A DNA stretch of 64,000 bases from an uncultured Gammaproteobacteria bacterium (GTDB lineage Bacteria; Patescibacteriota; Patescibacteriia; UBA9934), in the NCBI GenBank assembly GCA_964344415.1, contig CAYFMS010000002.1, forward strand, positions 64,142 through 128,141, read 5' to 3'. The notes under the pieces are model-generated. The model did not search any database. It saw nothing but the letters and a program-made list of their open reading frames with translations, and was not told the DNA's origin. The stretch's first letter is position 1; each line of letters begins with the position of its first letter. Positions 60,328 to 64,000 of this stretch are shown here, one piece after another. The translations under genes were made by a program, and so were the position numbers.

Positions 60328-60485
60328 CTTGATCGAAATCCTGAGCCTGTCGAAGGATCTAAGCGACTTCGCTCGGGATGACGACCTACAACCTCACACA
60401 TCTCTCCAACCTCCTAAATCTCCGTTATCTCCTTCGCGCCTAAATCCGTAACGGCAACCCTAAACCCTAATAGCTAACTGTATCT
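60328..60485. repeat. mosaic modules C, E, D and F ('caaccctaaaccctaatagc') up to the xth start
   Basis: Modules shared with 51740-51860 and 59085. Confidence 0.7.
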
Positions 60486-61247
60486 ATGAAACTCATATCT
60501 TGGAATGTAAATGGCGTGCGTGCGGCGGTTCGAAAGGGTTTTCTTGATTGGCTTGAAAATGAGAATCCGGACATTTGTTGCCTTCAAGAAACAAAGGCAC
60601 ATGTCGAACAATTGACGCCCGATGTCGTGCATCCAAATGGGTATATGGGGATTTGGTCGGAAGCCCAGAGGAAGGGGTATAGCGGCACAGCGACATTCAC
60701 AAAAGATAAGCCTCTATTTACACAGTCGAATTTTGATGAGAATTGGCTCGATGAAGAGGGGCGTGTTGTTTTAACGGAACATGAAGATTTTTATCTCTTC
60801 AATGTGTATTTTCCAAATGGCGGCCGCGGCGAAGAGCGCTTAAAATATAAACTTGATTTTTACGATAAATTCTTGGAATACATCGAAAATTATCGAAAGA
60901 AAGGGAAGGGGATTATTGTTTGCGGCGATGTAAATACGGCGCATCATGAAATCGATTTGGCAAGGCCAAAAGAGAATATAAAAACATCTGGATTTATGCC
61001 GATTGAGCGGGAATGGCTTGATAAATTAGTCGATCATAAATATCACGATACGTTCCGCATGTTCAATCAGGAAGGTGAAATGTATAGCTGGTGGGATATG
61101 AAAACACGGGCGCGTGATAGAAATGTTGGATGGCGTATTGATTATTTCTGGGTTTCGGATGAAATAAAAGACCGCGTGAAAAATGCATTTATCATGACTG
61201 AAGTTTTGGGGTCCGATCACGCTCCCGTTGGAATCGAATTCAAATAA
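60486..61247 (+). CDS. xth: exodeoxyribonuclease III (AP endonuclease)
   Basis: 'MKLISWNVNGVRA' and the EEP-family catalytic residues. Confidence 0.85.
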   Translation: MKLISWNVNGVRAAVRKGFLDWLENENPDICCLQETKAHVEQLTPDVVHPNGYMGIWSEAQRKGYSGTATFTKDKPLFTQSNFDENWLDEEGRVVLTEHEDFYLFNVYFPNGGRGEERLKYKLDFYDKFLEYIENYRKKGKGIIVCGDVNTAHHEIDLARPKENIKTSGFMPIEREWLDKLVDHKYHDTFRMFNQEGEMYSWWDMKTRARDRNVGWRIDYFWVSDEIKDRVKNAFIMTEVLGSDHAPVGIEFK

Positions 61248-61272
61248 AAAAATCCGCCAGCTTTGCTGGCGG
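61245..61272 (-). terminator. terminator (functional on the minus strand) for the 61303..61653 gene
   Basis: CCGCCAGC-ttt-GCTGGCGG hairpin; the T7 run lies on the minus strand only. Confidence 0.5.
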
Positions 61273-61302
61273 AAGACGAGTCGAGTTCAACCCACGAAAT
61301 CC

Positions 61303-61653
61303 TCAGTGCCGGTGTGGCATGAAGACATCCCATTCCGTGTCTCTGAAGAACTCTGAAATAGCATGAACGACAATGCTCTTGGCAGCAACAATCTGTTCCG
61401 GTGCGGCGTGTGCAGAAGCGTTGTCGACATACGCCATGACTTTTTTGGGATTGTCCTCCTGGTATTCGGTCACGAATGTGATCACCAGTCCGCGCGATAG
61501 TCCACGTGCTCCGAGATCGCGTTGCAGCACGGTTGTGAGAGCATTCTTCCAGTCTGGATTGACCAATGTGTTGTCCACATTGCCTTGCCCGTCCCGAAGA
61601 TTGACAGTCAAGTGTTTCTCGCTTGGGTGATTATATACTCTGACATGCAACAT
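61303..61653 (-). CDS. hypothetical protein (117 aa)
   Basis: RBS AAGGTG 6 nt before the ATG 'MLHVRVY'. Confidence 0.45.
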   Translation of the reverse strand: MLHVRVYNHPSEKHLTVNLRDGQGNVDNTLVNPDWKNALTTVLQRDLGARGLSRGLVITFVTEYQEDNPKKVMAYVDNASAHAAPEQIVAAKSIVVHAISEFFRDTEWDVFMPHRH

Positions 61654-61767
61654 TTTGGACACCTTGAAGTTGGGGTTTTGTCGAAGTAACGACAATGCTT
61701 TCTATCACGATTATCAAAAAATGTCAATCAAAAAACCGCCGTTTATAGGCGATTTTTTGTTGAGAGA

Positions 61768-62286
61768 TTATTCAACGGTTACTGCGATCGATTCGAAAAT
61801 ACATGACGCATCACCATCGATACAGATGTCAAAGTCTCCACCATATGTTCCAGAATCACCAGCAATTGCTGTAAAGAGAACATCTACCGACTCTCCAGCG
61901 GGGATCATATATTCAAATTCGTGAATATCTTGGTCTAGTCCTTCCAAATAATATTCCTGCGTTGTCGTAGGTTCGATGTCTATAATCGTCATTCCATCTA
62001 GGAAATCTCGACTAATATCTACACTGCGCAATTCCTTTGTTTCATTCGATGTATTTGAAACCTCAACACCAAAAATGAAAATCTCGCCGCTCACAACGGG
62101 CAAATCCGTTCCATAAATAAGTGTCTCTACACCTTCTACCTCGAACAGCGAGAGAAAGTCTTCATCTGCAAATAGGTCATCGATTGAAGGATCGGTTGCT
62201 GGTTGGAAACATCCAGCACCGGCAAGAATTAATGCGCCGCAAAACAGAGCTAGTTTGAACAAATTATTTTTCATAATTAAACTCAT
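61768..62286 (-). CDS. putative lipoprotein, hypothetical
   Basis: Signal peptide with lipobox 'LAGAGC'; acidic mature domain. Confidence 0.5.
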   Translation of the reverse strand: MSLIMKNNLFKLALFCGALILAGAGCFQPATDPSIDDLFADEDFLSLFEVEGVETLIYGTDLPVVSGEIFIFGVEVSNTSNETKELRSVDISRDFLDGMTIIDIEPTTTQEYYLEGLDQDIHEFEYMIPAGESVDVLFTAIAGDSGTYGGDFDICIDGDASCIFESIAVTVE

Positions 62287-62392
62287 TATTTATGTCCCTA
62301 TCTAATCAAATTTTTGATGTTTTGTACATTATGCTGTCGATTAAAGTTTTCAATTGACTTTTTGGCTAGAGTGAAGTAGAATCCGCGAGTTA

Positions 62393-64000
62393 TGGATTTT
62401 AGGAATATTGCAATTATTGCCCATGTTGACCATGGGAAAACAACACTTGTTGATGCCATGCTAAAACAGTCTGGTACTTTTTCTGAACGGGAAGAGGTAG
62501 CGGAGCGTGTAATGGACAGCAATGATTTAGAGCGTGAGCGTGGAATCACGATTTATGCGAAAAATACGGCGATTCAGCTTGGTGATACGAAAATTAATAT
62601 TGTCGACACTCCGGGGCATGCTGATTTCGGTTCCGAGGTTGAGCGTGTGCTCAGAATGGTGGATAGCGTTTTGCTTTTGGTGGACGCGTATGAGGGGCCG
62701 ATGCCACAAACAAAATTCGTACTGCGTAAGTCGCTCGAAATTGGTTTGAAGCCAATTGTTGTGATTAATAAAATCGACAAGTCATCAGCAAGGCCGGATG
62801 CAGTTCTTGATATGGTATTTGATCTCTTTTCCGAGCTTGGAGCAACAGACGAACAGCTAGATTTTCAATTTATTTACACAAATGCAAAGGACGGATTCGC
62901 GATCACAGACCCATCTGAAGCGGGGGAGAATTTGCAGCCTCTCTTTGATTTGATTCTTGAATCTGTGCCTGCAGCGTCAAATGAGACGGAAAAGCCGATG
63001 CGAATGCAGCCGGTAAACCTCGCTTATGACAAATTCGTCGGACGTATGGCGATTGGCCGCATTATCGAAGGTGTTGCGAAGGTCGGAATGCCTGTAACGG
63101 TTGTGAAGCTCGACGGAAATCGTGAAAATCATCGTATTACTAAACTACTTACCTCTCGAGGGCTTGAGAAAGTTGAAGTCGATGAAGCGGTGGCGGGTGA
63201 TATCATTTCGCTTGCTGGAATCCCAAATATTAATGTTGGAGAAACGGTTGCGGAAGAGAAGGATGCCAATGCTCTGCCAGCGATCACGATTGACGCGCCA
63301 ACACTTACCATGAATTTCTTGGTGAATGACTCTCCATTTGCGGGACGCGAGGGGACATATGTTACATCTCGGCAAATTCGCGAGCGTCTAGAGCAGGAGC
63401 TCGAAACAAATGTTGGATTAAAAGTTGATTTTCCAGACGATGCAAATACATTCCAGGTGAGTGGACGAGGCGAGATGCATCTTTCTGTACTTGCTGAAAC
63501 GATGCGCCGCGAGGGGTATGAATTGCAAATCAGCCAGCCGCAGGTAATTATGAAAGAGATTGATGGCGTGATGCAGGAACCGTATGAACATGTGACGATT
63601 GATGTGCCAGATGATATGGCAGGGACTGTGATTGAGCGTCTTGGTAATCGAAAGGGTGAAATGCTGAATATGCATAGCGAGAATGGTTCGACGCGATTGG
63701 AGTACCGTATTCCAACACGCGGGCTGCTTGGTTTTCGAATGGAATTCATCACAATGACAAAAGGCGAGGGAACGCTCGCACATATTTTCGACTCATATGA
63801 TGTCGTGAAGGGCGACATCGAACGCCGAAGCACCGGGTCAATGATTTCTGGTGTCACGGGGAAGGCGATGGCTTTTTCTCTGATGAATCTTCAAAAGCGC
63901 GGATCATTATTCATTGGTCCGGGAACAGAGGTATATGAAGGAATGGTGATTGGCGCGAGTTCGAAGGAGAATATGACTGTGAATCCTACGAAAGGGAAGC
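62393..64000 (+). CDS. typA: translational GTPase TypA/BipA (3' end outside the window)
   Basis: '[16 protein letters not shown]' G1 and 'DTPGHADF' G3 motifs. Not in the ORF track because no stop occurs before the window end. Confidence 0.9.

Noticed and set aside
46763-60485. CRISPR array
   Set aside because: The repeats are not regularly spaced, do not share a single repeat length, and are interrupted by genes. No cas genes were found.

Overview
The window is a gene-dense bacterial chromosomal segment, moderately AT-rich by eye and read with the standard genetic code. It is almost entirely housekeeping and cell-envelope genes. Left to right the main contents are: (1) an envelope glycosylation cluster (GT1/GT4 glycosyltransferases, two GT-C-fold multi-pass membrane proteins, a CDP-alcohol phosphatidyltransferase, a membrane-anchored periplasmic protein, a HIT protein, rmlC and rmlD); (2) PEGA/TolB-like, CtpA protease, Nudix, L9, pyrG and manC; (3) a complete F0F1 ATP synthase operon (atpZ-like, B, E, F, H, A, G, D, C) with clear promoter and terminator; (4) rpmA, a NifU-like protein, mraY-ftsW-murG, tRNA-Lys, a PMCA-type P-type ATPase, murD, an FtsB-like protein, a parvulin-like PPIase and tRNA-Thr; (5) ftsE-ftsX followed by a processive GT2 (QxxRW), two further GT2, mreB, a GT4 and a TrmB-like regulator; (6) holB, a BNR-repeat protein, frr, glyQS, an M16 peptidase, tpiA, a TPR protein, nrdA-nrdB with NrdR boxes, xth and the 5' part of typA. 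Two unusual layers sit on top of this core. First, several short, visibly GC-rich inserts carry small genes: an acidic protein next to tRNA-Lys; a cassette of an acidic protein plus a pentapeptide-repeat protein, each preceded by the same 42-bp hairpin-containing element; and two small membrane-protein genes. Second, an abundant family of mosaic intergenic repeats fills most intergenic spaces between about 46.7 kb and 60.5 kb (also after murG). These are roughly 119-bp TIR-bounded units that start at or within 4 nt of stop codons, plus shorter shuffled modules that include CCCTAA(A) telomere-like runs just upstream of start codons. A 33-bp in-frame tandem repeat inside a GT-C gene may derive from one such module. 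No rRNA, CRISPR array, transposase, integrase or recognisable defence-system gene was found.
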